Source: the human T2T-CHM13v2.0 reference genome, Homo sapiens
DNA length: 64,000 nt
NCBI RefSeq assembly: GCF_009914755.1
Contig: NC_060927.1
Direction: 5' to 3' (one strand)
A program made the translations under genes and the position numbers. Below are positions 24,201 to 38,100 of the stretch, piece after piece. How positions within the stretch are numbered: the first letter of the stretch is position 1; each line of letters starts with the position of its first letter. The notes under the pieces were generated by a model that made no database searches, was not told the DNA's origin, and saw only the letters and a list, made by a program, of their open reading frames with translations.

Positions 24201-24580
24201 CCTTCACCTCACAGAGTTTAAACTTTCTTTTGATAGAGCAGTTTTGAAAAACTCTTTTTGTAGAATCTGCAAGTGTATATTGGGACTTTTCTGAGGCCAT
24301 CTTTGGAAACGGGATTGCTTCATATAAAACTTGAAAGAAGAATCCTCAGAAAATTATTTGTGATATGTGCATTTAACTCATGGAGTTGAAACTTCCTTTC
24401 GATAGAAGAGTTTTGAAATACTCTTTTTGTAGAATTTCCAAGTGGATTTTTACAGCGGTTTGACGTCTAAGGCAGCAAAAGAAATATCTTCACAGAAAAA
24501 CTAGGCAGATTCATTCTCCGAAGCTGTTTTGTGATGCTTGCATTCAGCTGACAGAGTTTAAACTTCCTTTGAGAGAGCAG
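19905..24580 (+). repeat. Block of ~3 HORs of divergent haplotype 'B'
   Basis: Linked variants: gggatttcttc in M3, ctgtggtgtg, gagtgtt..gtattctttct, gaaactatc, gcagttcta, gactgcttc, catcaccttc.tcgcgatg, cgcggagctg and tgagagagc in all three copies. gtatcttgg, aattcgaaag and gctcgc occur in the first two. Confidence 0.92.
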
Positions 24581-26169
24581 TTTTGAAACACTCTTTTTGT
24601 GGAATTTGCAAGTGTATATTTAGAGCGTTTTGAGGCCTACAGTAGGAAAGGAAATATCTTCACCTAAAAACTAGACAGAAGTATTGTCAGAAATTTATTT
24701 GTGATATTTGCATTCAACGCACGGAGTTGAAAATTCCTCTTGATGGAGCCGTTTTGAAGCACTCTTTTTGTGGAATCTGCAAGTGGATATTTGGACCTCT
24801 TTGGGGCCTTCGTGGGAAACGTGATTTCTTCATTTACAACTAGACAGAGGAACTCTCAGAAACTTCTTTGTGATGTGTACTTTCAACTCACGGAGTTGAA
24901 GCTTCCTTTCAATAGAGAACTTTTGAAACTCAGTTTCTGTAGAATTTCCAGGTGGATATTTAGTGCCGTTTGAGGCCTATGGTGGAAAAGGCAATATCTT
25001 CGGAGAAAAACTAGACAGAATGATTCTCAGAAACAACTTTGTGATGTGTGCGTTCAACTCACGGAGTTTAACCTTTCTTTTGATAGACCAGTTATGAAAC
25101 ACTCTTTTTGTAGAATCTGCAAGTAAATATTTGGACTTTTTTGAGGCCTTCATTGGAAACGGGATCTCTTCATATAAACCTTGACAGAAGAATTCCCAGA
25201 AACTTCTCTGTGATGTGTGTATTTAACTCTCAGAGTTCAACCTTCCTTTTGATAGAAGAGGGTTGAAATATTCTTTTTGTAGAATTTCCAAGTGAATATT
25301 TAGGGCGGTTTCAGGCCTATGTAGAAGAGAAACTATCTTCACAGAAAAACTAGACATAATTGTTCTCTGAAGCTACTTTGTGATGTGCGCATTCAGCTTA
25401 CAGAGTTTAACCTTTCTTTGGATCGAGCGGTTTTAAACACTCTTTTTGTGGAATTTGCAATTCTATATTTAGAGTGCTTTCAGGCCTGTGGTACAAAAGG
25501 GAATGTCCTCACATAAAATCTAGACAGAAGCATTGTCGGAAACTACTTTGTGATACCTGCCTTCAACTCTCAGAGTTGAATGTTCCTCTTGATGGAGCAG
25601 TTTTGAAAAACTCTTTTTGTTGAATCTCCAAGTGGATATTTGGACCTCTTTGTGGCCTTCGTTTGAGACGTGACTTCTTCATACAAAAGTAGACAGAAGA
25701 ATTCTCATCAACTGCTTCGTGATGTGTGCTTTCAACTCGCAGCGTTGAAGCTTCCTTTCGATAGAGCAGTTCTGTAACTCTCTTTTTGTAGAATTTCCAA
25801 GTGGATATTTAGCGCCGTTTGAGGCCAATGGTGGAAAAGGCAATATCTTCATAGAAAAACTAGACAGAATGATTCTCAGAAACTACTTTGTGATGTGTGC
25901 CTTCAACTCACAGAGTTTAACCTTTCTTTTGATAGAGCAGTTTTGAAAAACTCTTTTTGTAGAATCTGCAAGTGTATATTGGGACTTTTCTGAGGCTATC
26001 TTTGGAAACGGGATTTCTTCATATAAAACTTGAAAGAAGAATCCTCAGAAAATTATTTGTGATATGTGCATTTAACTCATGGAGTTGAAACTTCCTTTCG
26101 ATAGAAGAGTTTTGAAATACTCTTTTTGTAGAATTTCCAAGTGGATTTTTACAGCGGTTTGAGGTCTAT

Positions 26170-29100
26170 GGCTGCAAAAGGAATATCTTCACAGAAAAAC
26201 TAGGCAGATCCATTCTCCGAAGCTGTTTTGTGACGCTTGCATTCAGCTGACAGAGTTTAAACTTCCTTTGATAGAGCAGTTTTCAAACACTCTTTTTGTG
26301 GAATTTGCAAGTGTATATTTAGAGCGTTTTGAGGCCTGCAGTAGGAAAGGAAATATCTTCACCTAAAAACTAGACAGAAGTATTGTCAGAAACTTATTTG
26401 TGATATTTGCATTCAACGCACGGAGTTGAACATTCCTCTTGATGGAGCCGTTTTGAGCACTCTTTTTGTGGAATCTGCAAGTGGATATTTGGACCTCTTT
26501 GTGGCCTTCGTGTGAAACGTGATTTCTTCATTTACAACTAGACAGAAGAATTCTCAGAAACTTCTTTGTGATGTGTACTTTCAACTCACAGAGTTGAAGC
26601 TTCCTTTCAATAGAGCACTTTTGAAACTCAGTTTCTGTAGAATTTCCAGGTGGATATTTAGCGCCGTTTGAGGCCTATGGTGGAAAAGGCAATATCTTCG
26701 TAGAAAAACTAGACAGAATGATTCTCAGAAACAACTTTGTGATGTGTGCGTTCAACTCACGGAGTTTAACCTTTCTTTTGATAGACCAGTTATGAAACAC
26801 TCTTTTTGTAGAATCTGCAAGTAAATATTTGGACTTTTTTGAGGCCTTCATTGGAAACGGGATCTCTTCATATAAACCTTGACAGAAGAATTCCCAGAAA
26901 CTTCTCTGTGATGTGTGCATTTAACTCTCAGAGTTCAACCTTCCTTCTGATAGAAGAGGGTTGAAATTTTCTTTTTGTAGAATTTCCAAGTGAATATTTA
27001 GAGCGGTTTCAGGCCTAAGTAGAAGAGAAAATATCTTCACAGAAAAACTAGACATAATTGTTCTCTGAAGCTACTTTGTGATGTGCTCATTCAGCTTACA
27101 GAGTTTAACCTTTCTTTGGATCGAGCGGTTTTAAACACTCTTTTTGTGGAATTTGCAATTCTATATTTAGAGTGCTTTCAGGCCTGTGGTACAAAAGGGA
27201 ATGTCCTCACATAAAATCTAGACAGAAGCATTGTCGGAAACTACTTTGTGATACCTGCCTTCAACTCTCAGAGTTGAATATTCCTCTTGATGGAGCAGTT
27301 TTGAAAAACTCTTTTTGTTGAATCTCCAAGTGGATATTTGGACCTCTTTGTGGCCTTCGTTTGAGACGTGACTTCTTCATACAAAAGTAGACAGAAGAAT
27401 TCTCATCAACTTCTTCGTGATGTGTGCTTTCAACTCGCAGCGTTGAAGCTTCCTTTCGATAGAGCAGTTCTGTAACTCTCTTTTTGTAGAATTTCCAAGT
27501 GGATATTTAGTGCCGTTTGAGGCCAATGGTGGAAAAGGCAATATCTTCATAGAAAAACTAGACAGAATGATTCTCAGAAACTACTTTGTGATGTGTGCCT
27601 TCAACTCACAGAGTTTAACCTTTCTTTTGATAGAGCAGTTTTGAAAAACTCTTTTTGTAGAATCTGCAAGTGTATATTGGGACTTTTCTGAGGCCATCTT
27701 TGGAAACGGGATTTCTTCATATAAGACTTGAAAGAAGAATCCTCAGAAAATTATTTGCGATATGTGCATTTAACTCATGGAGTTGAAACTTCCTTTCGAT
27801 AGAAGAGTTTTGAAATACTCTTTTTGTAGAATTTCCAAGTGGATTTTTACAGCGGTTTGAGGTCTATGGCAGCAAAAGTAATATCTTCACAGAAAAACTA
27901 GGCAGATTCATTCTCCGAAGCTGTTTTGTGATGCTTGCATTCAGCTGACAGAGTTTAAACTTCCTTTGATAGAGCAGTTTTGAAACACTCTTTTTGTGGA
28001 ATTTGCAAGTGTATATTTAGAGCGTTTTGAGGCCTGCAGTAGGAAAGGAAATATCTTCACCTAAAAACTAGACAGAAGTATTGTCAGAAACTTATTTGTG
28101 ATATTTGCATTCAACGCACGGAGTTGAACATTCCTCTTGATGGAGCCGTTTTGAAGCACTCTTTATGTGGAATCTGCAAGTGGATATTTGGACCTCTTTG
28201 TGGCCTTCGTGTGAAACTTGCTTTCTTCATTTACAACTAGACAGAAGAATTCTCAGAAACTTCTTTGTGATGTGTACTTTCAACTCACAGAGTTGAAGCT
28301 TCCTTTCAATAGAGCACTTTTGAAACTCAGTTTCTGTAGAATTTCCAGGTGGATATTTAGCGCCGTTTGAGGCCTATGGTGGAGAAGGCAATATCTTCGT
28401 AGAAAAACTAGACAGAATGATTCTCAGAAACAACTTTGTGATGTGTGCGTTCAACTCACGGAGTTTAACCTTTCTTTTGATAGACCAGTTATGAAACACT
28501 CTTTTTGTAGAATCTGCAAGTAAATATTTGGACTTTTTTGAGGCCTTCATTGGAAACGGGATCTCTTCATATAAACCTTGACAGAAGAATTCCCAGAAAC
28601 TTCTCTGTGATGTGTGCATTTAACTCTCAGTGTTCAACCTTCCTTTTGATAGAAGTGGGTTGAAATTTTCATTTGTAGAATTTCCAAGTGAATATTGAGA
28701 GCGGTTTCAGGCCTAAGTAGAAGAGAAAATATCTTCACAGAAAAACTAGACATAATTGTTCTCTGAAGCTTCTTTGTGATGTGCGCATTCAGCTTACAGA
28801 GTTTAACCTTTCTTTGGATCGAGCGGTTTTAAACACTCTTTTTGTGGAATTTGCAATTCTATATTTAGAGTGCTTTCAGGCCTGTGGTACAAAAGGGAAT
28901 GTCCTCACATAAAATCTAGACAGAAGCATTGTCGGAAACTACTTTGTGATACCTGCCTTCAACTCTCAGAGTTGAATGTTCCTCTTGATGGAGCAGTTTT
29001 GAAAAACTCTTTTTGTTGAATCTCCAAGTGGATATTTGGACCTCTTTGTGGCCTTCGTTTGAGACGTGACTTCTTCATACAAAAGTAGACAGAAGAATTC

Positions 29101-32100
29101 TCATCAACTTCTTCGTGATGTGTGCTTTCAACTCGCAGCGTTGAAGCTTCCTTTCGATAGAGCAGTTCTGTAACTCTCTTTTTGTAGAATTTCCAAGTGG
29201 ATATTTAGCGCCGTTTGAGGCCAATGGTGGAAAAGGCAATATCTTCATAGAAAAACTAGACAGAATGATTCTCAGAAACTACTTTGTGATGTGTGCCTTC
29301 AACTCACAGAGTTTAACCTTTCTTTTGATAGAGCAGTTTTGAAAAACTCTTTTTGTAGAATCTGCAAGTGTATATTGGGACTTTTCTGAGGCCATCTTTG
29401 GAAACGGGATTTCTTCATATAAAACTTGAAAGAAGAATCCTCAGAAAATTATTTCTGATATGTGCATTTAACTCATGGAGTTGAAACTTCCTTTCGATAG
29501 AAGAGTTTTGAAATACTCTTTTTGTAGAATTCCCAAGTGGATTTTTACAGCGGTTTGAGGTCTGTGGCTGCAAAAGGAATATCTTCACAGAAAAACTAGG
29601 CAGATCCATTCTCCGAAGCTGTTTTGTGACGCTTGCATTCAGCTGACAGAGTTTAAACTTCCTTTGATAGAGCAGTTTTGAAACACTCTTTTTGTGGAAT
29701 TTGCAAGTGTATATTTAGAGCGTTTTGAGGCCTGCAGTAGGAAAGGAAATATCTTCACCTAAAAACTAGACAGAAGTATTGTCAGAAACTTATTTGTGAT
29801 ATTTGCATTCAACGCACGGAGTTGAACATTCCTCTTGATGGAGCCGTTTTGAGCACTCTTTTTGTGGAATCTGCAAGTGGATATTTGGACCTCTTTGTGG
29901 CCTTCGTGTGAAACGTGATTTCTTCATTTACAACTAGACAGAAGAATTCTCAGAAACTTCTTTGTGATGTGTACTTTCAACTCACAGAGTTGAAGCTTCC
30001 TTTCAATAGAGCACTTTTGAAACTCAGTTTCTGTAGAATTTCCAGGTGGATATTTAGCGCCGTTTGAGGCCTATGGTGGAAAAGGCAATATCTTCGTAGA
30101 AAAACTAGACAGAATGATTCTCAGAAACAACTTTGTGATGTGTGCGTTCAACTCACGGAGTTTAACCTTTCTTTTGATAGACCAGTTATGAAACACTCTT
30201 TTTGTAGAATCTGCAAGTAAATATTTGGACTTTTTTGAGGCCTTCATTGGAAACGGGATCTCTTCATATAAACCTTGACAGAAGAATTCCCAGAAACTTC
30301 TCTGTGATGTGTGCATTTAACTCTCAGAGTTCAACCTTCCTTTTGATAGAAGAGGGTTGAAATTTTCTTTTTGTAGAATTTCCAAGTGAATATTTAGAGC
30401 GGTTTCAGGCCTAAGTAGAAGAGAAAATATCTTCACAGAAAAACTAGACATAATTGTTCTCTGAAGCTACTTTGTGATGTGCTCATTCAGCTTACAGAGT
30501 TTAACCTTTCTTTGGATCGAGCGGTTTTAAACACTCTTTTTGTGGAATTTGCAATTCTATATTTAGAGTGCTTTCAGGCCTGTGGTACAAAAGGGAATGT
30601 CCTCACATAAAATCTAGACAGAAGCATTGTCGGAAACTACTTTGTGATACCTGCCTTCAACTCTCAGAGTTGAATATTCCTCTTGATGGAGCAGTTTTGA
30701 AAAACTCTTTTTGTTGAATCTCCAAGTGGATATTTGGACCTCTTTGTGGCCTTCGTTTGAGACGTGACTTCTTCATACAAAAGTAGACAGAAGAATTCTC
30801 ATCAACTTCTTCGTGATGTGTGCTTTCAACTCGCAGCGTTGAAGCTTCCTTTCGATAGAGCAGTTCTGTAACTCTCTTTTTGTAGAATTTCCAAGTGGAT
30901 ATTTAGTGCCGTTTGAGGCCAATGGTGGAAAAGGCAATATCTTCATAGAAAAACTAGACAGAATGATTCTCAGAAACTACTTTGTGATGTGTGCCTTCAA
31001 CTCACAGAGTTTAACCTTTCTTTTGATAGAGCAGTTTTGAAAAACTCTTTTTGTAGAATCTGCAAGTGTATATTGGGACTTTTCTGAGGCCATCTTTGGA
31101 AACGGGATTTCTTCATATAAGACTTGAAAGAAGAATCCTCAGAAAATTATTTGCGATATGTGCATTTAACTCATGGAGTTGAAACTTCCTTTCGATAGAA
31201 GAGTTTTGAAATACTCTTTTTGTAGAATTTCCAAGTGGATTTTTACAGCGGTTTGAGGTCTATGGCAGCAAAAGGAATATCTTCACAGAAAAACTAGGCA
31301 GATTCATTCTCCGAAGCTGTTTTGTGATGCTTGCATTCAGCTGACAGAGTTTAAACTTCCTTTGATAGAGCAGTTTTGAAACACTCTTTTTGTGGAATTT
31401 GCAAGTGTATATTTAGAGCGTTTTGAGGCCTGCAGTAGGAAAGGAAATATCTTCACCTAAAAACTAGACAGAAGTATTGTCAGAAACTTATTTGTGATAT
31501 TTGCATTCAACGCACGGAGTTGAACATTCCTCTTGATGGAGCCGTTTTGAAGCACTCTTTATGTGGAATCTGCAAGTGGATATTTGGACCTCTTTGTGGC
31601 CTTCGTGTGAAACTTGCTTTCTTCATTTACAACTAGACAGAAGAATTCTCAGAAACTTCTTTGTGATGTGTACTTTCAACTCACAGAGTTGAAGCTTCCT
31701 TTCAATAGAGCACTTTTGAAACTCAGTTTCTGTAGAATTTCCAGGTGGATATTTAGCGCCGTTTGAGGCCTATGGTGGAGAAGGCAATATCTTCGTAGAA
31801 AAACTAGACAGAATGATTCTCAGAAACAACTTTGTGATGTGTGCGTTCAACTCACGGAGTTTAACCTTTCTTTTGATAGACCAGTTATGAAACACTCTTT
31901 TTGTAGAATCTGCAAGTAAATATTTGGACTTTTTTGAGGCCTTCATTGGAAACGGGATCTCTTCATATAAACCTTGACAGAAGAATTCCCAGAAACTTCT
32001 CTGTGATGTGTGCATTTAACTCTCAGTGTTCAACCTTCCTTTTGATAGAAGTGGGTTGAAATTTTCATTTGTAGAATTTCCAAGTGAATATTGAGAGCGG

Positions 32101-35100
32101 TTTCAGGCCTAAGTAGAAGAGAAAATATCTTCACAGAAAAACTAGACATAATTGTTCTCTGAAGCTTCTTTGTGATGTGCGCATTCAGCTTACAGAGTTT
32201 AACCTTTCTTTGGATCGAGCGGTTTTAAACACTCTTTTTGTGGAATTTGCAATTCTATATTTAGAGTGCTTTCAGGCCTGTGGTACAAAAGGGAATGTCC
32301 TCACATAAAATCTAGACAGAAGCATTGTCGGAAACTACTTTGTGATACCTGCCTTCAACTCTCAGAGTTGAATGTTCCTCTTGATGGAGCAGTTTTGAAA
32401 AACTCTTTTTGTTGAATCTCCAAGTGGATATTTGGACCTCTTTGTGGCCTTCGTTTGAGACGTGACTTCTTCATACAAAAGTAGACAGAAGAATTCTCAT
32501 CAACTTCTTCGTGATGTGTGCTTTCAACTCGCAGCGTTGAAGCTTCCTTTCGATAGAGCAGTTCTGTAACTCTCTTTTTGTAGAATTTCCAAGTGGATAT
32601 TTAGCGCCGTTTGAGGCCAATGGTGGAAAAGGCAATATCTTCATAGAAAAACTAGACAGAATGATTCTCAGAAACTACTTTGTGATGTGTGCCTTCAACT
32701 CACAGAGTTTAACCTTTCTTTTGATAGAGCAGTTTTGAAAAACTCTTTTTGTAGAATCTGCAAGTGTATATTGGGACTTTTCTGAGGCCATCTTTGGAAA
32801 CGGGATTTCTTCATATAAAACTTGAAAGAAGAATCCTCAGAAAATTATTTCTGATATGTGCATTTAACTCATGGAGTTGAAACTTCCTTTCGATAGAAGA
32901 GTTTTGAAATACTCTTTTTGTAGAATTCCCAAGTGGATTTTTACAGCGGTTTGAGGTCTGTGGCTGCAAAAGGAATATCTTCACAGAAAAACTAGGCAGA
33001 TCCATTCTCCGAAGCTGTTTTGTGACGCTTGCATTCAGCTGACAGAGTTTAAACTTCCTTTGATAGAGCAGTTTTGAAACACTCTTTTTGTGGAATTTGC
33101 AAGTGTATATTTAGAGCGTTTTGAGGCCTGCAGTAGGAAAGGAAATATCTTCACCTAAAAACTAGACAGAAGTATTGTCAGAAACTTATTTGTGATATTT
33201 GCATTCAACGCACGGAGTTGAACATTCCTCTTGATGGAGCCGTTTTGAGCACTCTTTTTGTGGAATCTGCAAGTGGATATTTGGACCTCTTTGTGGCCTT
33301 CGTGTGAAACGTGATTTCTTCATTTACAACTAGACAGAAGAATTCTCAGAAACTTCTTTGTGATGTGTACTTTCAACTCACAGAGTTGAAGCTTCCTTTC
33401 AATAGAGCACTTTTGAAACTCAGTTTCTGTAGAATTTCCAGGTGGATATTTAGCGCCGTTTGAGGCCTATGGTGGAAAAGGAAATATCTTCGTAGAAAAA
33501 CTAGACAGAATGATTCTCAGAAACAACTTTGTGATGTGTGCGTTCAACTCACGGAGTTTAACCTTTCTTTTGATAGACCAGTTATGAAACACTCTTTTTG
33601 TAGAATCTGCAAGTAAATATTTGGACTTTTTTGAGGCCTTCATTGGAAACGGGATCTCTTCATATAAACCTTGACAGAAGAATTCCCAGAAACTTCTCTG
33701 TGATGTGTGCATTTAACTCTCAGAGTTCAACCTTCCTTTTGATAGAAGAGGGTTGAAATTTTCTTTTTGTAGAATTTCCAAGTGAATATTTAGAGCGGTT
33801 TCAGGCCTAAGTAGAAGAGAAAATATCTTCACAGAAAAACTAGACATAATTGTTCTCTGAAGCTACTTTGTGATGTGCTCATTCAGCTTACAGAGTTTAA
33901 CCTTTCTTTGGATCGAGCGGTTTTAAACACTCTTTTTGTGGAATTTGCAATTCTATATTTAGAGTGCTTTCAGGCCTGTGGTACAAAAGGGAATGTCCTC
34001 ACATAAAATCTAGACAGAAGCATTGTCGGAAACTACTTTGTGATACCTGCCTTCAACTCTCAGAGTTGAATGTTCCTCTTGATGGAGCAGTTTTGAAAAA
34101 CTCTTTTTGTTGAATCTCCAAGTGGATATTTGGACCTCTTTGTGGCCTTCGTTTGAGACGTGACTTCTTCATACAAAAGTAGACAGAAGAATTCTCATCA
34201 ACTTCTTCGTGATGTGTGCTTTCAACTCGCAGCGTTGAAGCTTCCTTTCGATAGAGCAGTTTTGTAACTCTCTTTTTGTAGAATTTCCGAGTGGATATTT
34301 AGCGCCGTTTGAGGCCTATGGTGGAAAAGGCAATATCTTCATAGAAAAACTAGACAGAATGATTCTCAGAAACTACTTTGTGATGTGTGCCTTCAACTCA
34401 CAGAGTTTAACCTTTCTTTTGATAGAGCAGTTTTGAAAAACTCTTTTTGTAGAATCTGCAAGTGTATCTTGGGACTTTTCTGAGGCCATCTTTGGAAACG
34501 GGATTTCTTCATATAAAATTTGAAAGAAGAATCCTCAGAAAATTATTTGTGATATGTGCATTTAACTCATGGAGTTGAAACTTCCTTTCGATAGAAGAGT
34601 TTTGAAATACTCTTTTTGTAGAATTTCCAAGTGGATTTTTACAGCGTTTTGAGGTCTATGGCAGCAAAAGAAATATCTTCACAGAAAAACTAGGCAGATT
34701 CATTCTCCGAAGCTGTTTTGTGATGCTCGCATTCAGCTGACAGAGTTTAAACTTCCTTTGAGAGAGCAGTTTGGAAACACTCTTTTTGTGGAATTTGCAA
34801 GTGTATATTTAGAGCGTTTTGAGGCCTACAGTAGGAAAGGAAATATCTTCACCTAAAAACTAGACAGAAGTATTGTCAGAAACTTATTTGTGATATTTGC
34901 ATTCAACGCACGGAGTTGAACATTCCTCTTGATGGAGCCGTTTTGAAGCACTCTTTTTGTGGATTCTGCAAGTGGATATTTGGACCTCTTTGTGGCCTTC
35001 GTGGGAAACGTGATTTCTTCATTTACAACTAGACAGAAGAATTCTCAGAAACTTCTTTGTGATGTGTACTTTCAACTCACAGAGTTGAAGCTTCCTTTCA

Positions 35101-38100
35101 ATAGAGCACTTTTGAAACTCAGTTTCTGTAGAATTTCCAGGTGGATATTTTGCGCCGTTTGAGGCCTATGGTGGAAAAGGCAATATCTTCGTAGAAAAAC
35201 TAGACAGAATGATTCTCAGAAACAACTTTGTGATGTGTGCGTTCAACTCACGGAGTTTAACCTTTCTTTTGATAGACCAGTTATGAAACACTCTTTTTGT
35301 AGAATCTGTAAGAAAATATTTGGACTTTTTTGAGGCCTTCATTGGAAACGGGATTTCTTCATATAAACCTTGACAGAAGAATTCCCAGAAACTTCTCTGT
35401 GGTGTGTGCATTTAACTCTCAGAGTTCAACCTTCCTTTTGATAGAAGAGTGTTGTAGTATTCTTTCTGTAGAATTTCCAAGTGAATATTTAGAGCGGTTT
35501 CAGGCCTATGTAGAAGAGAAACTATCTTCACAGAAAAACTAGACATAATTGTTCTCTGAAGCTACTTTGTGATGTGTGCATTCTGCTTACAGAGTTTAAC
35601 CTTTCTTTGGATAGAGCGGTTTTAAACACTCTTTTTGTGGAATTTGCAGTTCTATATTTAGAGTGCTTTCAGGCCTGTGGTACAAAAGGGAATGTCCTCA
35701 CATAAAATCTAGACAGAAGCATTGTCGGAAACTACTTTGTGATACCTGCCTTCAACTCTCAGAGTTGAATATTCCTCTTGATGGAGCAGTTTTGAAAGAC
35801 TCTTTTTGTTGAATCTCCAAGTGGATATTTGGACCTCTTTGTGGCCTTCGTTTGAGACGTGACTGCTTCATACAAAAGTAGACAGAAGAATTCTCATAAA
35901 CTTCTTCGTGATGTGTGCTTTCAACTCGCAGCGTTGAAGCTTCCTTTCGATAGAGCAGTTTTGTAACTCTCTTTTTGTAGAATTTCCAAGTGGATATTTA
36001 GCGCCGTTTGAGGCCTATGATGGAAAAGGCAATATCTTCATAGACAAACTAGACAGAATGATTCTCAGAAACTACTTTGTGATGTGTGCCTTCAACTCAC
36101 AGAGTTTAACCTTTCTTTTGATAGAGCAGTTTTGAAAAACTCTTTTTGTAGAATCTGCAAGTGTATATTGGGACTTTTCTGAGGCCATCTTTGGAAACGG
36201 GATTTCTTCATATAAAACTTGAAAGAAGAATCCTTAGAAAATTATTTGCGATATGTGCATTTAACTCATGGAGTTGAAACTTCCTTTCGATAGAAGAGGT
36301 TTGAAATACTCTTTTTGTAGAATTTCCAAGTGGATTTTTACAGCGGTTTGAGGTCTATGGCAGCAAAAGGAATATCTTCACAGAAAAACTAGGCAGATTC
36401 ATTCTCCGAAGCTGTTTTGTGATGCTTGCATTCAGCTGACAGAGTTTAAACTTCCTTTGATAGAGCAGTTTTGAAACACTCTTTTTGTGGAATTTGCAAG
36501 TGTATATTTAGAGCGTTTTGAGGCCTGCAGTAGGAAAGGAAATATCTTCACCTAAAAACTAGACAGAAGTATTGTCAGAAACTTATTTGTGATATTTGCA
36601 TTCAACGCACGGAGTTGAACATTCCTCTTGATGGAGCCGTTTTGAAGCACTCTTTATGTGGAATCTGCAAGTGGATATTTGGACCTCTTTGTGGCCTTCG
36701 TGTGAAACTTGCTTTCTTCATTTACAACTAGACAGAAGAATTCTCAGAAACTTCTTTGTGATGTGTACTTTCAACTCACAGAGTTGAAGCTTCCTTTCAA
36801 TAGAGCACTTTTGAAACTCAGTTTCTGTAGAATTTCCAGGTGGATATTTAGCGCCGTTTGAGGCCTATGGTGGAGAAGGCAATATCTTCGTAGAAAAACT
36901 AGACAGAATGATTCTCAGAAACAACTTTGTGATGTGTGCGTTCAACTCACGGAGTTTAACCTTTCTTTTGATAGACCAGTTATGAAACACTCTTTTTGTA
37001 GAATCTGCAAGTAAATATTTGGACTTTTTTGAGGCCTTCATTGGAAACGGGATCTCTTCATATAAACCTTGACAGAAGAATTCCCAGAAACTTCTCTGTG
37101 ATGTGTGCATTTAACTCTCAGTGTTCAACCTTCCTTTTGATAGAAGTGGGTTGAAATTTTCATTTGTAGAATTTCCAAGTGAATATTGAGAGCGGTTTCA
37201 GGTCTAAGTAGAAGAGAAAATATCTTCACAGAAAAACTAGACATAATTGTTCTCTGAATCTACTTTGTGATGTGCGCATTCAGCTTACAGAGTTTAACCT
37301 TTCTTTGGATCGAGCGGTTTTAAACACTCTTTTTGTGGAATTTGCAATTCTATATTTAGAGTGCTTTCAGGCCTGTGGTACAAAAGGGAATGTCCTCACA
37401 TAAAATCTAGACAGAAGCATTGTCGGAAACTACTTTGTGATACCTGCCTTCAACTCTCAGAGTTGAATGTTCCTCTTGATGGAGCAGTTTTGAAAAACTC
37501 TTTTTGTTGAATCTCCAAGTGGATATTTGGACCTCTTTGTGGCCTTCGTTTGAGACGTGACTTCTTCATACAAAAGTAGACAGAAGAATTCTCATCAACT
37601 TCTTCGTGATGTGTGCTTTCAACTCGCAGCGTTGAAGCTTCCTTTCGATAGAGCAGTTCTGTAACTCTCTTTTTGTAGAATTTCCAAGTGGATATTTAGC
37701 GCCGTTTGAGGCCAATGGTGGAAAAGGCAATATCTTCATAGAAAAACTAGACAGAATGATTCTCAGAAACTACTTTGTGATGTGTGCCTTCAACTCACAG
37801 AGTTTAACCTTTCTTTTGATAGAGCAGTTTTGAAAAACTCTTTTTGTAGAATCTGCAAGTGTATATTGGGACTTTTCTGAGGCCATCTTTGGAAACGGGA
37901 TTTCTTCATATAAAACTTGAAAGAAGAATCCTCAGAAAATTATTTGTGATATGTGCATTTAACTCATGGAGTTGAAACTTCCTTTCGATAGAAGAGTTTT
38001 GAAATACTCTTTTTGTAGAATTCCCAAGTGGATTTTTACAGCGGTTTGAGGTCTGTGGCTGCAAAAGGAATATCTTCACAGAAAAACTAGGCAGATCCAT

